From NCBI RefSeq assembly GCF_009909105.1, contig NZ_JAAAPK010000002.1:349827-413826 (forward strand): DNA of 64,000 nt. Direction: 5' to 3'. Below the pieces are notes generated by a model. That model made no database searches, was not told where the DNA came from, and saw only the letters and a list, made by a program, of their open reading frames with translations. Position numbers and translations under genes: made by a program. Source of the DNA: Corallococcus exiguus (GTDB lineage: Bacteria; Myxococcota; Myxococcia; Myxococcales; Myxococcaceae). Shown one piece after another: positions 38,759-48,744 of the stretch (positions are counted from its first letter, which is position 1; each line of letters opens with the position of its first letter).

Positions 38759-40354
38759 CTACGCCTGCGCCGCCTCGCGCCGCGCGGGCACCTCGCCGCG
38801 CAGCTCCGCGACCTCTGCGCGCAGGAGCCAGTCGGTGGGGAAGTCCGTGGACGCGCGGGCGATCTGCTCCAGCCGCTCGGAGGCCAGCTGTCCCGTCTCG
38901 CGGATGCGGCGCACCTCCGTGTAGAGGGCGGCCAGCGACGGGGGCAGGGCCTGCGCCTTGCGCTCGCGCGCCTGGGCCTCGCCGTCGCCCGCGGTGAAGG
39001 CGTCCATCTCTCCGAACCACTCGTCCCACGTGCCCGGGTCGGCGGGGCCGCCCGCCACGGACGGCAGCCGCTCCGTCAGGTACAGGCGCGCCATGGACGG
39101 CAGCGTCAGCTCCTGGCCGGCCAGCGTGCCGCGCAGGGCAATCACCTCTCCGCCGCCCACCGCGAAGCCCTCCAGCACCAGCCCGCTGTCGAGCGTGAGC
39201 GTGAAGCTCCCGCGCTCCGGAAGGGTGCCCTGGCCAAAGGCGACCAGCGCCGCGCCGCTGAACGGCTTGTCCAGGGCGTGCCCGTTCATGGACGTGAGGA
39301 TGGGGCCCTCCAGCCGGGCCAGCGCGGTGGACAGGCCCGGGGCCACGTCCTTCGCGGCGGGCAGCAGCTCCACCACCTTGCCCGTCACCTCGCGGCCGTC
39401 CGCGAGCACCAGGTGGTTGACCGTGCGCGCGCGCAGCGCCTCGTTGAGGCCCAGGTCTCCGCCGCGCTTCCACGCGAGCGTGGACTCGAACTCGGCCAGG
39501 ACTTCGAAGAGGTGCTCGAAGTCGCGCGCCACGAAGAGCTGCGGCTGCATGCGGGTGATGTCGTAGTCCGTGTCCGCGCACGCCACGCCCAGGGGCAGCT
39601 TGTGCACGGCGGACGTCAGGCAGTGCCGGGCCTCGCCGATGCTGGACAGCAGGCCCGCGCCGTAGATGCGCGGGTGCTTCAGGTCGCCAATCAGCCCGTA
39701 CTCCGCGGTCCACCAGTACAGGCGGCTCGCGCGGGTGCTCTCGCTGATGTAGCGGTGGCTGGCGTTGGCGGCCTCCAGGCGGGCCTGGGCGTGGGCGATC
39801 TCCTCCTCCGTCGCGGTGGGGTCCTCCTTCACCACGGAGAGGTTGCGGATGGCCTCGAAGACGGCCTGGTCCTCCACGCTGGCGATGGCCTTGAAGCCCA
39901 CCAGCCCCACGGCCTTGAGGTACTGGGCATAGCGCGCGTTCGCGATGATGGGCGCGTGGCCCGCGCTCTCATGGACGATGTCCGGCGCGGGCGTGTACTG
40001 GATGTGCTCGTGCGTGCGGATGTCCGCCGCGATGGCCAGCACGCCCAGCGCCTGCAGCTCCGTGAAGACGGCCGGCGGGATGAAGCCGCGCACCGCCACG
40101 CAGGACCAGCCCAGCGTGGACAGCTTCTCGTTCATCTCGTCCAGGCTGGGGATGGCCTCCGCGCCAATGCCCGTGGCCTCCAGGCCCTCCAGGTAGACGG
40201 GGTGCGCCTTGTCGCTCAGGTGCTCGCGCAGCTGCCCCAGGATGTGCCGCCACACCGCCTGATCCCGGGGCGTGTACGCCGCGTAGTCCTGGCCCACCAC
40301 GTAGCGGCGCAGGTGGGCGGGAAGGCGGGCAATGGTCCGTTCCGTGGGCGTCAT
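38759..40354 (-). CDS. Aromatic amino-acid hydroxylase family protein (PhhA-like) with ~230-aa C-terminal extension
   Basis: Biopterin-hydroxylase iron-binding region (DIVHESAGHAP...) and overall PAH-like N-terminal ~300 aa. Start chosen at MTPTER (the ORF table starts at 40411). Confidence 0.6.
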   Translation of the reverse strand: MTPTERTIARLPAHLRRYVVGQDYAAYTPRDQAVWRHILGQLREHLSDKAHPVYLEGLEATGIGAEAIPSLDEMNEKLSTLGWSCVAVRGFIPPAVFTELQALGVLAIAADIRTHEHIQYTPAPDIVHESAGHAPIIANARYAQYLKAVGLVGFKAIASVEDQAVFEAIRNLSVVKEDPTATEEEIAHAQARLEAANASHRYISESTRASRLYWWTAEYGLIGDLKHPRIYGAGLLSSIGEARHCLTSAVHKLPLGVACADTDYDITRMQPQLFVARDFEHLFEVLAEFESTLAWKRGGDLGLNEALRARTVNHLVLADGREVTGKVVELLPAAKDVAPGLSTALARLEGPILTSMNGHALDKPFSGAALVAFGQGTLPERGSFTLTLDSGLVLEGFAVGGGEVIALRGTLAGQELTLPSMARLYLTERLPSVAGGPADPGTWDEWFGEMDAFTAGDGEAQARERKAQALPPSLAALYTEVRRIRETGQLASERLEQIARASTDFPTDWLLRAEVAELRGEVPARREAAQA

Positions 40355-40447
40355 CGCGAGCGGCTCCTTCAGGAGATGCAGGACTCCTGAAGAATACGCA
40401 CCCCACTGCAAGACGGAAATCCGGCAGAATTCGACGTCTTCGTCGGA

Positions 40448-41368
40448 TTATCGTCGTTTATTCAGGCGGCGACGCACCCCGTCGAGGATGGCCTGGACGG
40501 CGGGGCTGAGGCCTCCGGAGGGCCAGACGGCTACCACCTCCACGACCTGGGGCTCCAGTTCGCGCAGGGGCCAGACGTGGAGATCCGCGGGGAACGGCTG
40601 GGTGGGGCGCACGTCCGGGGCGATGGTGCAGGCCTTGTACGCGCGAAGCAGCTCGTAGAGGTGGAGGAAGCTCTCCACCCGGCCGACCTCGGTGACGGAG
40701 ACGCCGTGCGCTGCGAAGCGCGCGCTGTTGGCTCCGCCGTAGGGGTCGTCCCGCAACCAGTCCACGAAGCGCTGACCCTGGAGGTCCTTCACATCCAGGG
40801 TGCGGCGGGAGGCGTGCGCCTTCGCGAGCGGGGAGTCGGGCCCCGCGATGACCGCGAAGGACATGCGCAGCAGGGACTCGGTGTCCACGCCCTCGTGCGG
40901 AGGCAGGGGGGTGAAGTCGAGCGCCAGGTCCTGCTGCCGCGTCTGCACCTGCCGCATGAGCTCGTGCGAACCGCCGAAGCCCACCACCAGCTTGAGGTCG
41001 GCGGCGGCGGCGTCCTGCGCGATGCCGCCCAGCAGCGACATGGACAGCGTGGGGTTGAGGCCCAGGCGCAGGGTGGGCTCCACGCGGGCCAGGTCCATCA
41101 GCCGCTTCACGTCCAGCTGGTGCAGCGGCGTCTGGGTGCCCGCGTAGAGGCGCTCTCCACGCGCGGACAGTTGCAGGCGCCGGCCAGGCCCCCGCTCCAG
41201 CAGGGCGGCGCCATCCGCGAGCGCTTCCTCCAGGGCGCGGATGTGCTCGCTCACGACGGAGCGGGCGACGCCCAGGTGCTCCGCGGCGGCGTCGATGCTG
41301 CCTGCCTCCACGGCGGCGGTGAAGGACTCGAGCCAGACCAGATGTCGCTGGAGCTTGCGCGGGGGCAT
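40448..41368 (-). CDS. LysR-family transcriptional regulator
   Basis: N-terminal wHTH (LESFTAAVEAGSIDAAAEHLGVARSVVSEHIRALEEAL) and a LysR substrate-binding fold. Confidence 0.8.
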   Translation of the reverse strand: MPPRKLQRHLVWLESFTAAVEAGSIDAAAEHLGVARSVVSEHIRALEEALADGAALLERGPGRRLQLSARGERLYAGTQTPLHQLDVKRLMDLARVEPTLRLGLNPTLSMSLLGGIAQDAAAADLKLVVGFGGSHELMRQVQTRQQDLALDFTPLPPHEGVDTESLLRMSFAVIAGPDSPLAKAHASRRTLDVKDLQGQRFVDWLRDDPYGGANSARFAAHGVSVTEVGRVESFLHLYELLRAYKACTIAPDVRPTQPFPADLHVWPLRELEPQVVEVVAVWPSGGLSPAVQAILDGVRRRLNKRR

Positions 41369-41382
41369 GGGGCCAAGACGCG

Positions 41383-42204
41383 CTAGAGGAAGAAGTCGGG
41401 CAGCAGCTCCGCGCCGGGAACGGACTGGTACTTGTCCAGGTTGGTGACGCCGGCGGCGCGCAGCACTTCATCGTCGATGCAGAAGTTGCCGGTGAAGGAG
41501 CGGCTGGGCTTGGTGAGGATGGTGTAGGCGGCGTCGGCCATGATCTCCGGCGTGCGGCTGCCCTTGATGGTGTCGTCGCCGCCCAGCAGGTTCTGCACGG
41601 CGGCGGTGGCGATGACGGTGCGGGGCCACAGCGTGTTGACGGCAATGCCGTCGTCCTTGAGCTCCTCCGCCATGCCCAGCGCGCACAGGCTCATGCCGTA
41701 CTTCGCGATGGTGTAGGCCACGTGGGGGCCGAACCAGCGCGGCTCCATGTTGAGCGGCGGCGAGTTGTTGAGGATGTGCGGGTTGGAGGACTTCTTGAGG
41801 TACGGGATGCACGCCTGCGAGCACGCGAAGGTGCCGCGCGTGTTGATGCCGTGCATCAGGTCGAAGCGCTTGAGCGGCGTCTCCAGGGTGCCGGTGAGAC
41901 TGATGGCGCTGGCGTTGTTCACCAGGATGTCGATGCCGCCGAAGGTCTCCACGGCCTTGGCGACGGCGGCGTGGATCTGCGCCTCGTCGCGGATGTCCAC
42001 CACGCAGGGGAGGGCCTTGCCGCCGGCCTCTTCAATCTCCTTCGCCGCCGTGTAGATGGTGCCGGGCAGCTTGGGGTGCGGGTCCGTGGTTTTCGCCGCG
42101 ATGACGATGTTGGCGCCGTCGCGGGCCGCGCGCAGCGCGATGGCCTTGCCGATGCCGCGGCTGGCGCCGGTGATGAAGAGGGTCTTGCCTTGGAGGTTGG
42201 ACAT
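41383..42204 (-). CDS. SDR-family NAD(P)-dependent oxidoreductase
   Basis: TGASRGIGKAIA (Rossmann fold), NNAS, and YxxxK (YTIAKYG). Start at MSNLQG. Confidence 0.8.
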   Translation of the reverse strand: MSNLQGKTLFITGASRGIGKAIALRAARDGANIVIAAKTTDPHPKLPGTIYTAAKEIEEAGGKALPCVVDIRDEAQIHAAVAKAVETFGGIDILVNNASAISLTGTLETPLKRFDLMHGINTRGTFACSQACIPYLKKSSNPHILNNSPPLNMEPRWFGPHVAYTIAKYGMSLCALGMAEELKDDGIAVNTLWPRTVIATAAVQNLLGGDDTIKGSRTPEIMADAAYTILTKPSRSFTGNFCIDDEVLRAAGVTNLDKYQSVPGAELLPDFFL

Positions 42205-42296
42205 GGGCCGCATCCTGACCCACTCCACCGCCGCGTGCATCTGGAAGACACCCGGTGGACCGGGGCCGCGAGGAGCCCCGGTCCCCGGACTGTCGG

Positions 42297-43187
42297 TTAC
42301 TGCGTGATGCAGGTGACCGTTTCGAGCATGGTCACATTGGAGTTGCCGGTGGTGCCCCAGTTGCCCACGCCGTTCGTGCCCACGACGAATGAGTAGGCGG
42401 AGCCTCGGATGGCGGTGGTGAAGCTGCTCGCGTCGACGTGGTTGAGATCCTGGCAGAAGCGGCGGGCGGTAGCCGCCGGGGTGCTGTAGTTGCCGGACGG
42501 GAAGTTGGGCTGGACGGTGCCGATCTGGTAGCCGTTGACCTTCGGCGTCGTGTACGTGAGCACCGTCGCGTCGAAGCAGGTGATGGTCTCCAGCATGGTC
42601 ACGTTGGAATTGCCGGTGGTGCCCCAGTTGCCCACGCCGTTCGTGCCCACGACGAATGAGTAGGCGGAGCCACGGATGGCGGTGGTGAAGCTGCTCGCGC
42701 CGGTGTGGCCCTGGTCCTGGCAGAAGCGGCGGGCGGTATCGGCGGCGCTGCTGAAGTTCCCGGTGGGCTGGTTGGGGAGGTACGTGCCAATCTGATAGCC
42801 ATTGACCGCGGGAGTCGTGTAGGTGACGCCCGAGTTGGAGGTGAAGCAGGTGACGGTCTCCAGCATGGTCACGTTGGAATTGCCGGTGGTGCCCCAGTTG
42901 CCCACGCCATTCGTACCCACGATGAACGAGAAGGCGGAGCCACGGATGGCGGTGGTGAAGCTTTGCGCGCCGCTGTGGCCCTGGTCCTGACAGAAGCGGC
43001 GGGCGGTGTCGGCGGCGCTGCTGAAGTTCCCGGTGGGCTGGTTGGGGAGGTACGTGCCAATCTGATAGCCATTGACCGTGGGCGTCACATAGGTCTGGTA
43101 GGTGTCAGCGCTGGCCGACGACGCGAAGCCCACGACGAAAAACAGGGACACGAAGAGGGAGAGAAGACCGCTGCTGCGACGAAACAT
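42297..43187 (-). CDS. Secreted protein built from three tandem ~90-aa repeats (unknown fold, 2 Cys per repeat)
   Basis: Signal peptide, then 3 copies of TY.TP.VNGYQIGTYLPNQPTGNFSSAADTARRFCQDQGH.GA.SFTTAIRGSA.SFVVGTNGVGNWGTTGNSNVTMLETVTCF. Confidence 0.55.
   Translation of the reverse strand: MFRRSSGLLSLFVSLFFVVGFASSASADTYQTYVTPTVNGYQIGTYLPNQPTGNFSSAADTARRFCQDQGHSGAQSFTTAIRGSAFSFIVGTNGVGNWGTTGNSNVTMLETVTCFTSNSGVTYTTPAVNGYQIGTYLPNQPTGNFSSAADTARRFCQDQGHTGASSFTTAIRGSAYSFVVGTNGVGNWGTTGNSNVTMLETITCFDATVLTYTTPKVNGYQIGTVQPNFPSGNYSTPAATARRFCQDLNHVDASSFTTAIRGSAYSFVVGTNGVGNWGTTGNSNVTMLETVTCITQ
42330..43140. repeat. Three tandem ~270-bp direct repeats (coding, within 42297..43187)
   Basis: Near-identical DNA blocks (ggtgaagctgctcgc...ccagttgcccacgcc...), ~90% identity by eye. 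Confidence 0.6.
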
Positions 43188-43349
43188 GTTTTTCCTCGGC
43201 TTGTAGCTGAAACGGGGGGAGCAGGACCGTAGCGGCTCGCGGGGTTGAAATCACTGATTCACGGATTGGAGACATTTCAAGAATGCTGTGGGTGCGAGCC
43301 GAGACGTAGGCGCGGTGCGCGACCCGCGCATGGTCTACGCTGCGCCCCC

Positions 43350-46034
43350 ATGCGACTGCTCCCACTCCTCGCCCTGGTGGTGTTGACCGTCCGCTGCGCC
43401 CACGCGCCGGAGGCCGCGCCGACTGCTTCCGCGCCGCCCGCCGTTTCGTGGCCGGAGGCCCTGCCCCCCGCGCTGCGGTTGCCAGACACCGTGCGGCCCG
43501 TGCACTACGCGCTGGACCTGAAGCTCGTGCCCTCGGAGGACACGTACCCGGGCAGCGTCACCATCGACGTGGAGGTCCGCGAGCCCGTGCGCCAGGTGTG
43601 GCTGCATGCGCAGGACGTGGACGTGACGCGGGCTCGTGTCACCGTGGCGGGTCGCACGTTCGATGCGAAGCCTGTCACCGCGCCCGAAGGACGTCTGGGA
43701 TTGCTCCTGCCGGAGGAACTGCCGGTGGGCAAGGCGCAGCTCCTGCTCGACTTCACCGGCAAGGTGGACCGTGAGCGCAGCCAGGGCATCTACGGGGTGG
43801 AGGAGGGCGGTGAGCCCTACCTCTACACGTTCTTCGAACCCATCGACGCGCGCCGTGCCTTCCCGTGCTTCGACGAGCCGACCTTCAAGGTGCCGTGGCG
43901 CCTGCGCTTCACCGTGAAGGCCGGACACGTGGCGCTGGCCAACCATCCCGTCGTGTCGCGCGAGCCTCTGGCGGACGGACTGGAGCGCGTCACCTTCGCG
44001 GAAAGCAAGCCGATGCCCAGCTACCTCGTGGCCTTCATGGTGGGGCCGTTCGACGTGGTGGAGGCCGGCACCGTGGGACGCACGAACGTGCCGCTGCGCT
44101 TCATCGTCCCCAAGGGCCGGGGCGCGGAGACGCGCTACGCCGCGAGCATCACACCTCGCATCGTGAAGGGACTGGAGGACTTCTTCGACCAGCCCTATCC
44201 GTACGAGAAGCTCGATGTGGCGGTCGTGCCCCGGTACTGGGGCACCATGGAGCACCCGGGCATCGTCGCGCTCGGGCAGCCGCTCACGCTCATTCCGCCC
44301 GGTGAGGAGACGCTGGCCCGCCGCAAGTCGTACGCGGTCATCGCCAACCATGAGCTGGGCCACTACTGGTTCGGGGACGTCGTCACCTGCTCCTGGTGGA
44401 ACGACATCTGGCTGAACGAGTCCTTCACCGCGTGGTTGGACCGGCAGACCGTGGACCGGCTGGAGCCGTCCTGGGACTACCAGCAGGAGCGCGCCATGTC
44501 CGCGACCCGCTCCGCCCTGGCGTCGGATGAGCTGGCGTCGGCGCTGCCCGTTCGCAAGCCGGTGGAGAGCAATGACGACATCGTGGGCTCGTTCGACAAC
44601 GGGACGACGTATGACAAGGGCTCGTCCGTCATCGCCATGTACGAGGCCTGGATGGGGCCCGAGCGCTTCCGCGACTTCCTCCGGGGCTATGTCCGCAAGC
44701 ACGCGTGGAAGGTCGCGACGATGGAGGACTTCCTCGCGGACCTGTCCCAGGCGGCGGGGCCGGAGGTGGCGCAATCCTTCGGCGGGTTCATCGAGCGGAG
44801 TGGGGCGCCTCGGATCACCGCGCGGCTGTCGTGCCCGGCGGGCGGTGCTCCGTCCGTGAAGCTGTCGCAGGAGCGGTACCTGCCCGTGGGCTCCAAGGCG
44901 GACTCGCGGCAGGAATGGCAGGTGCCCGTGTGTCTTCGCGTGGGCACGGGCACGCAGTCGTCGCGGGTGTGCTCGATGTTGCAGGGGCCGTCCGCGGAGG
45001 TCGCGCTGCCCTCGAAGCAGTGCCCGGCGTGGGTGCTGCTCAACGCGGGCGGCACGGGTTACTACCGCAGCGGTTACACCCGCGAGCAGTTGACGAAGCT
45101 GCTCGCGACTCCGGTCGCCGCCTTCACTCCCGCGGAGCAGATGGCGCTCTGGGCGGATGTGGATGCGGCGGTGAGCCGGGGCGACCTGCCGCTGGGGGAG
45201 GCGCTGAAGTCGGTGCCTGCCTCCGCGAAGTCGACGAACCGGCTCGTGGTGCAGAGCGGTGCCTCGCTGCTGGAACTCGTGCGCCTGGAGCAGCTCACGC
45301 CCGAGGAGCGCCAGCGCTTCCGCGCGTGGGTGGCCTCGCTCTACTCGGCGCGCGCGCGGGCCATGGGTTGGGTGCCGAAGCCGGGCGAGGACGACTCCGT
45401 GAAGGATTCACGCTCCCTGTTCCTCCGGCTGGCCGGTGGTCTGGGCGATGACCCTCGGCTGGTGAAGGAGGCGCTGCCCCTGGTGCGCGCATGGCTGGCG
45501 GACCGGAAGTCGGTGGACCCGGAGGCGTTCAGTGCCGCGCTGCCCCGAGCGGCGACGCACGGCGATGCGGCGCTGTTCGACGCGCTGCTGAAAGCGGCGA
45601 AGAAGGAACAGGACCGCACCGAGCGCTCCCGGCTGCTGATGTCGCTGGGCTACTTCCGGAACCCGGAGCTGTTGTGGCGGGCGCTGGGGCTCGTGGTGTC
45701 GCCGGACTTCGATGTGCGGGACTCGCAGAGCATCCTCCGGATGGCGTTGATGTTGCCGGAGTCGCAGTCGCTGGCGTGGAACTTCTATCAGACGCACTTC
45801 GATGCGCTGACCCAGCGGCTGCGTTCGGATGAGCTGGGTCGGCTGATTGGCCAGACGGGGAGCCTCTGCGATGACATCCACCTGGCGCAGGTGGAGACGT
45901 TCCTCACGCCCCGCGTGGACAAGATTGAAGGCGGACCGCGCGCGCTCACCCGGGCCCTGGAGTCCATCCGGCTGTGCATCGAGTCCCAGAAGCTCCAGTC
46001 CCCGAGCGTCAAGGCGTTCCTCCGCGCCCGGTGA
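43350..46034 (+). CDS. M1-family zinc aminopeptidase (PepN-like), secreted
   Basis: Signal peptide (MRLLPLLALVVLTVRCAHA). HExxH-x18-E zincin motif (HELGHYWFGDVVTCSWWNDIWLNESF). Start at the in-frame Met 43350. Confidence 0.8.
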   Translation: MRLLPLLALVVLTVRCAHAPEAAPTASAPPAVSWPEALPPALRLPDTVRPVHYALDLKLVPSEDTYPGSVTIDVEVREPVRQVWLHAQDVDVTRARVTVAGRTFDAKPVTAPEGRLGLLLPEELPVGKAQLLLDFTGKVDRERSQGIYGVEEGGEPYLYTFFEPIDARRAFPCFDEPTFKVPWRLRFTVKAGHVALANHPVVSREPLADGLERVTFAESKPMPSYLVAFMVGPFDVVEAGTVGRTNVPLRFIVPKGRGAETRYAASITPRIVKGLEDFFDQPYPYEKLDVAVVPRYWGTMEHPGIVALGQPLTLIPPGEETLARRKSYAVIANHELGHYWFGDVVTCSWWNDIWLNESFTAWLDRQTVDRLEPSWDYQQERAMSATRSALASDELASALPVRKPVESNDDIVGSFDNGTTYDKGSSVIAMYEAWMGPERFRDFLRGYVRKHAWKVATMEDFLADLSQAAGPEVAQSFGGFIERSGAPRITARLSCPAGGAPSVKLSQERYLPVGSKADSRQEWQVPVCLRVGTGTQSSRVCSMLQGPSAEVALPSKQCPAWVLLNAGGTGYYRSGYTREQLTKLLATPVAAFTPAEQMALWADVDAAVSRGDLPLGEALKSVPASAKSTNRLVVQSGASLLELVRLEQLTPEERQRFRAWVASLYSARARAMGWVPKPGEDDSVKDSRSLFLRLAGGLGDDPRLVKEALPLVRAWLADRKSVDPEAFSAALPRAATHGDAALFDALLKAAKKEQDRTERSRLLMSLGYFRNPELLWRALGLVVSPDFDVRDSQSILRMALMLPESQSLAWNFYQTHFDALTQRLRSDELGRLIGQTGSLCDDIHLAQVETFLTPRVDKIEGGPRALTRALESIRLCIESQKLQSPSVKAFLRAR

Positions 46035-46052
46035 GCCCCACGGCCTGAAGCC

Positions 46053-46451
46053 TCACGGACCGTAGGGACACATCTTCAGCATCTGCGCGATGGGCGGGCG
46101 GCAGAGCTCCAGGAGCTGTGTCTCGTCCAGGAACGAGGAGGTCCGCGCCTTGAAGAAGCAGGCCGCGGGATCATCCGAGGGCTGGGCGTACTGGCAGAGC
46201 TGGAGCGCCTGCGGGTCGGCGAGGAAGCCCTTCTCCTGCACCCGGAGGAAGCACTGTGCCGGGGTGTCGGAACGGGCACCCTGGCAGAGCTGCGCCGCGA
46301 TGCTCTCGCTCACCGAGCTGCCCTGGCGCGCCGCTTCGAAGCAGGAGTATTGCGACGCACCCTCGGGTGGGCCTTCCATCTGCCCCACCGCCGGAAGCCC
46401 GAGCAGCGCGGCAGCCAGCCCCCAGGCACCTCTCCAATGGCCTCGCTTCAT
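46053..46451 (-). CDS. Small secreted protein with three QLCQ...CF repeats
   Basis: Signal peptide (LAAALLGLPAVGQ). Three ~30-aa repeats, each with two Cys (AQLCQGARSDTPAQCF / LQLCQYAQPSDDPAACF / LLELCRPPIAQMLKMC). Confidence 0.4.
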   Translation of the reverse strand: MKRGHWRGAWGLAAALLGLPAVGQMEGPPEGASQYSCFEAARQGSSVSESIAAQLCQGARSDTPAQCFLRVQEKGFLADPQALQLCQYAQPSDDPAACFFKARTSSFLDETQLLELCRPPIAQMLKMCPYGP

Positions 46452-46534
46452 CGTTCACCCCCCAAAGAAGGTGGGGGAGTCATGGCCCGCATGGGAGGGA
46501 CGGGCGGGAAGACAGCCGCCGTGCGCCGGCCGCG

Positions 46535-46879
46535 TCAGTCGTGCACGGTGCGACTGTCGGCGGGCACGGCCGCCCGGTCCTTCAAGCCGTAATCCCTCAC
46601 GACGTGCGCCACCCGCAGGCGGTAGTCGCTGAACACGCCTCCTCGGCCTTCGCGCTGGGCTTCACGGTGGGCCTCCTGGCGCCGCCACTCCGCCACCGCC
46701 GCCTCGTCGCGCCAGTAGGACAGGGACAGCAGCTTCCCAGGTGTGCTGAGGCTCTGGAACCGCTCGATGGAGATGAAGCCGTCGATGTCCGCCAGCAGGG
46801 GCCGCAGCTCCGCCGCGAGGTCCAGGTATCGCTGCCGATGCGACTCGTGTGTCCAGACCTCGAAGATGACAGCAATCAT
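46535..46879 (-). CDS. Antibiotic-biosynthesis-monooxygenase (ABM) domain protein
   Basis: 114 aa (MIAVIFEVWTHESHRQRYLDLAAEL...). The ATG overlaps the P450 stop by 4 nt (ATGA). Confidence 0.6.
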   Translation of the reverse strand: MIAVIFEVWTHESHRQRYLDLAAELRPLLADIDGFISIERFQSLSTPGKLLSLSYWRDEAAVAEWRRQEAHREAQREGRGGVFSDYRLRVAHVVRDYGLKDRAAVPADSRTVHD

Positions 46880-47997
46880 TCCAGTCCTCCCAGGACGCGG
46901 GCATTGGTGGAAGCACGCCAGGTGACGGGGCCCGACAACGGTGACAGGTCCAGGCCGCTCGCGAGCACACGCTCCGCCGCCGCCTTGGCCATCGTCGTCG
47001 CGAGCAGGGGTCCAGGACAGGCATGCGAGCCCAGGCCGAAGGTGAAGCTCTGGCGCCGCGCGCGCTTTGGCAGGAAGGCGTCGGGCTGGGGATTCTCGAG
47101 TGGATCCCGATTCGCGGCGGCGAGCACGACGACCACGGTCGTACCGGCCTCCAGCGCCTGACCCGCGATGGTCGCGGCGGCATGGGTGAAGCGTCGCGTG
47201 TTCTGGACCGGGGAATCGTGTCGAGCCGCTTCCTGGACCACGTCGTCCATCGTGCACGCGCCATGTGAGAGCTGCTCGCGCAACTCGGGCACGTGAGCGA
47301 AGGCCCGCAGCGTCGCGCCCAGGAGCCCGGCCGTCGCTTCATATGCCTGGGTGAGCAGGCCCACGGCGTTCGGGATGCGCAGGTCCTCCGAGCCATGGCC
47401 TTCCAGAAGCCGCGTCGTGAACGCGGTCCTCGCCGTGGACTGGAAGCAGGCCGCCACGCGTTCGTTCAGCCTCGCCGCACCCTCACTGCCCGCAGGAGGA
47501 CCGGCGGCCGAGCGGACATAGGCATCCACGTCCTGCACGCTCGCCTCCAGCGTGTCTTCCGGGAAGCCCAGCAGCGACCCCAGCACGAACACGGGAAGCT
47601 GGAGGGCGGCGTCCGGCAGCCGAGACAGTGATGGCGTCGCGAACAGCCGTGCCGCCCAGCGGTGGCTCTCCGCTTCGACCTCACACAGCGCCTCCGGCAA
47701 TGCGCGTGAAAGCGTCTGCTTCACGGCGGGGTAGGGGCCTCCGTCGTTCATCCGCACCAGCCGGCCAAAGAGGGCCCCGGCGGCGGTGCCCACCAGATGC
47801 GGAGGCACTCGCTCCGACAGTGGCCGGACCCGGCAGTGCTCGCTCGTGAGCACCGCGCGGACGGTGGCCGCATCCGCCGCGATCCATGGCCCGAAGCCGG
47901 GGACGCGGTGCAGTCCTCCCCGGGCGCGAAGCTCCGCGTAGTAGGGGTACGGGTCGGTGTGGGTGACGGCCTGATACGGGTCGGTCGGCGGTGTCAT
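46876..47997 (-). CDS. Cytochrome P450
   Basis: Heme-binding loop FGLGSHACPG (FxxGxHxCxG). Start at MTPPTD by codon counting. Confidence 0.8.
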   Translation of the reverse strand: MTPPTDPYQAVTHTDPYPYYAELRARGGLHRVPGFGPWIAADAATVRAVLTSEHCRVRPLSERVPPHLVGTAAGALFGRLVRMNDGGPYPAVKQTLSRALPEALCEVEAESHRWAARLFATPSLSRLPDAALQLPVFVLGSLLGFPEDTLEASVQDVDAYVRSAAGPPAGSEGAARLNERVAACFQSTARTAFTTRLLEGHGSEDLRIPNAVGLLTQAYEATAGLLGATLRAFAHVPELREQLSHGACTMDDVVQEAARHDSPVQNTRRFTHAAATIAGQALEAGTTVVVVLAAANRDPLENPQPDAFLPKRARRQSFTFGLGSHACPGPLLATTMAKAAAERVLASGLDLSPLSGPVTWRASTNARVLGGLE

Positions 47998-48060
47998 CGG
48001 TCCTCGTGGCCGGGCACTCTGCTGCCGTTGCCGTGTCCGTGTGTTAGAAAATGGTTCGCC

Positions 48061-48744
48061 ATGGACCGAACGATGAATGCAGGGCCGGACCTCACGACGC
48101 TGGCCACGGCCGTGGGGGACGCCACGCGGATCCGGATGCTGGAGCTGCTCATGGAGGGACGGGCGCTTGTCGCGAAGGAACTCGCGTTCGGCACAGGCGT
48201 CAGCCCCGCGACGGCGACCGCGCACCTTCAGCGGCTGGAGCAGGCCCGGCTGGTCCGCGCCACCCGGCAGGGGCGCAACAAGGTGTTCCGGATCGCCACG
48301 CCCACCGTGGCGCGGATGGTGGAAGCGCTGATGACCGTGGCGGTCCGTGGACCCCGTGTGTCAGTGACTCCGGAACCCCTGCGTGCCGCGCGCTACTGCT
48401 ACGACCATCTTGCGGGCAGATTGGGCATGGGCATCACCGACGCGCTCCTGCGGGCCGGGCATCTCGCCCTTCGTAAACGCGCATTCGCGCTCACCCCGAG
48501 TGGCGAGGCGTGGTTCCAGGACTTCGGAATCGACCTGGCGCCCGTGCGCGAGCAGCGGCGCCGCTTCGCCCACCGCTGCCTGGACTGGAGCGAGCGGCGC
48601 GACCACCTTGCAGGGGCGCTGGGCGCGGCGCTCGCCGCCCGGGTGTTCTCATTGGGATGGGTGGAACGTCAGCCCGACTCTCGCGGCCTCATCGTCACGC
48701 CTGGAGGCCAGCGGGGGATCAAGCGTCACTTCGGCGCGCTGTAG
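48061..48744 (+). CDS. ArsR-family wHTH transcriptional regulator with C-terminal extension, divergent from the P450/ABM operon
   Basis: DATRIRMLELLMEGRALVAKELAFGTGVSPATATAHLQRLEQARLV. Confidence 0.65.
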   Translation: MDRTMNAGPDLTTLATAVGDATRIRMLELLMEGRALVAKELAFGTGVSPATATAHLQRLEQARLVRATRQGRNKVFRIATPTVARMVEALMTVAVRGPRVSVTPEPLRAARYCYDHLAGRLGMGITDALLRAGHLALRKRAFALTPSGEAWFQDFGIDLAPVREQRRRFAHRCLDWSERRDHLAGALGAALAARVFSLGWVERQPDSRGLIVTPGGQRGIKRHFGAL

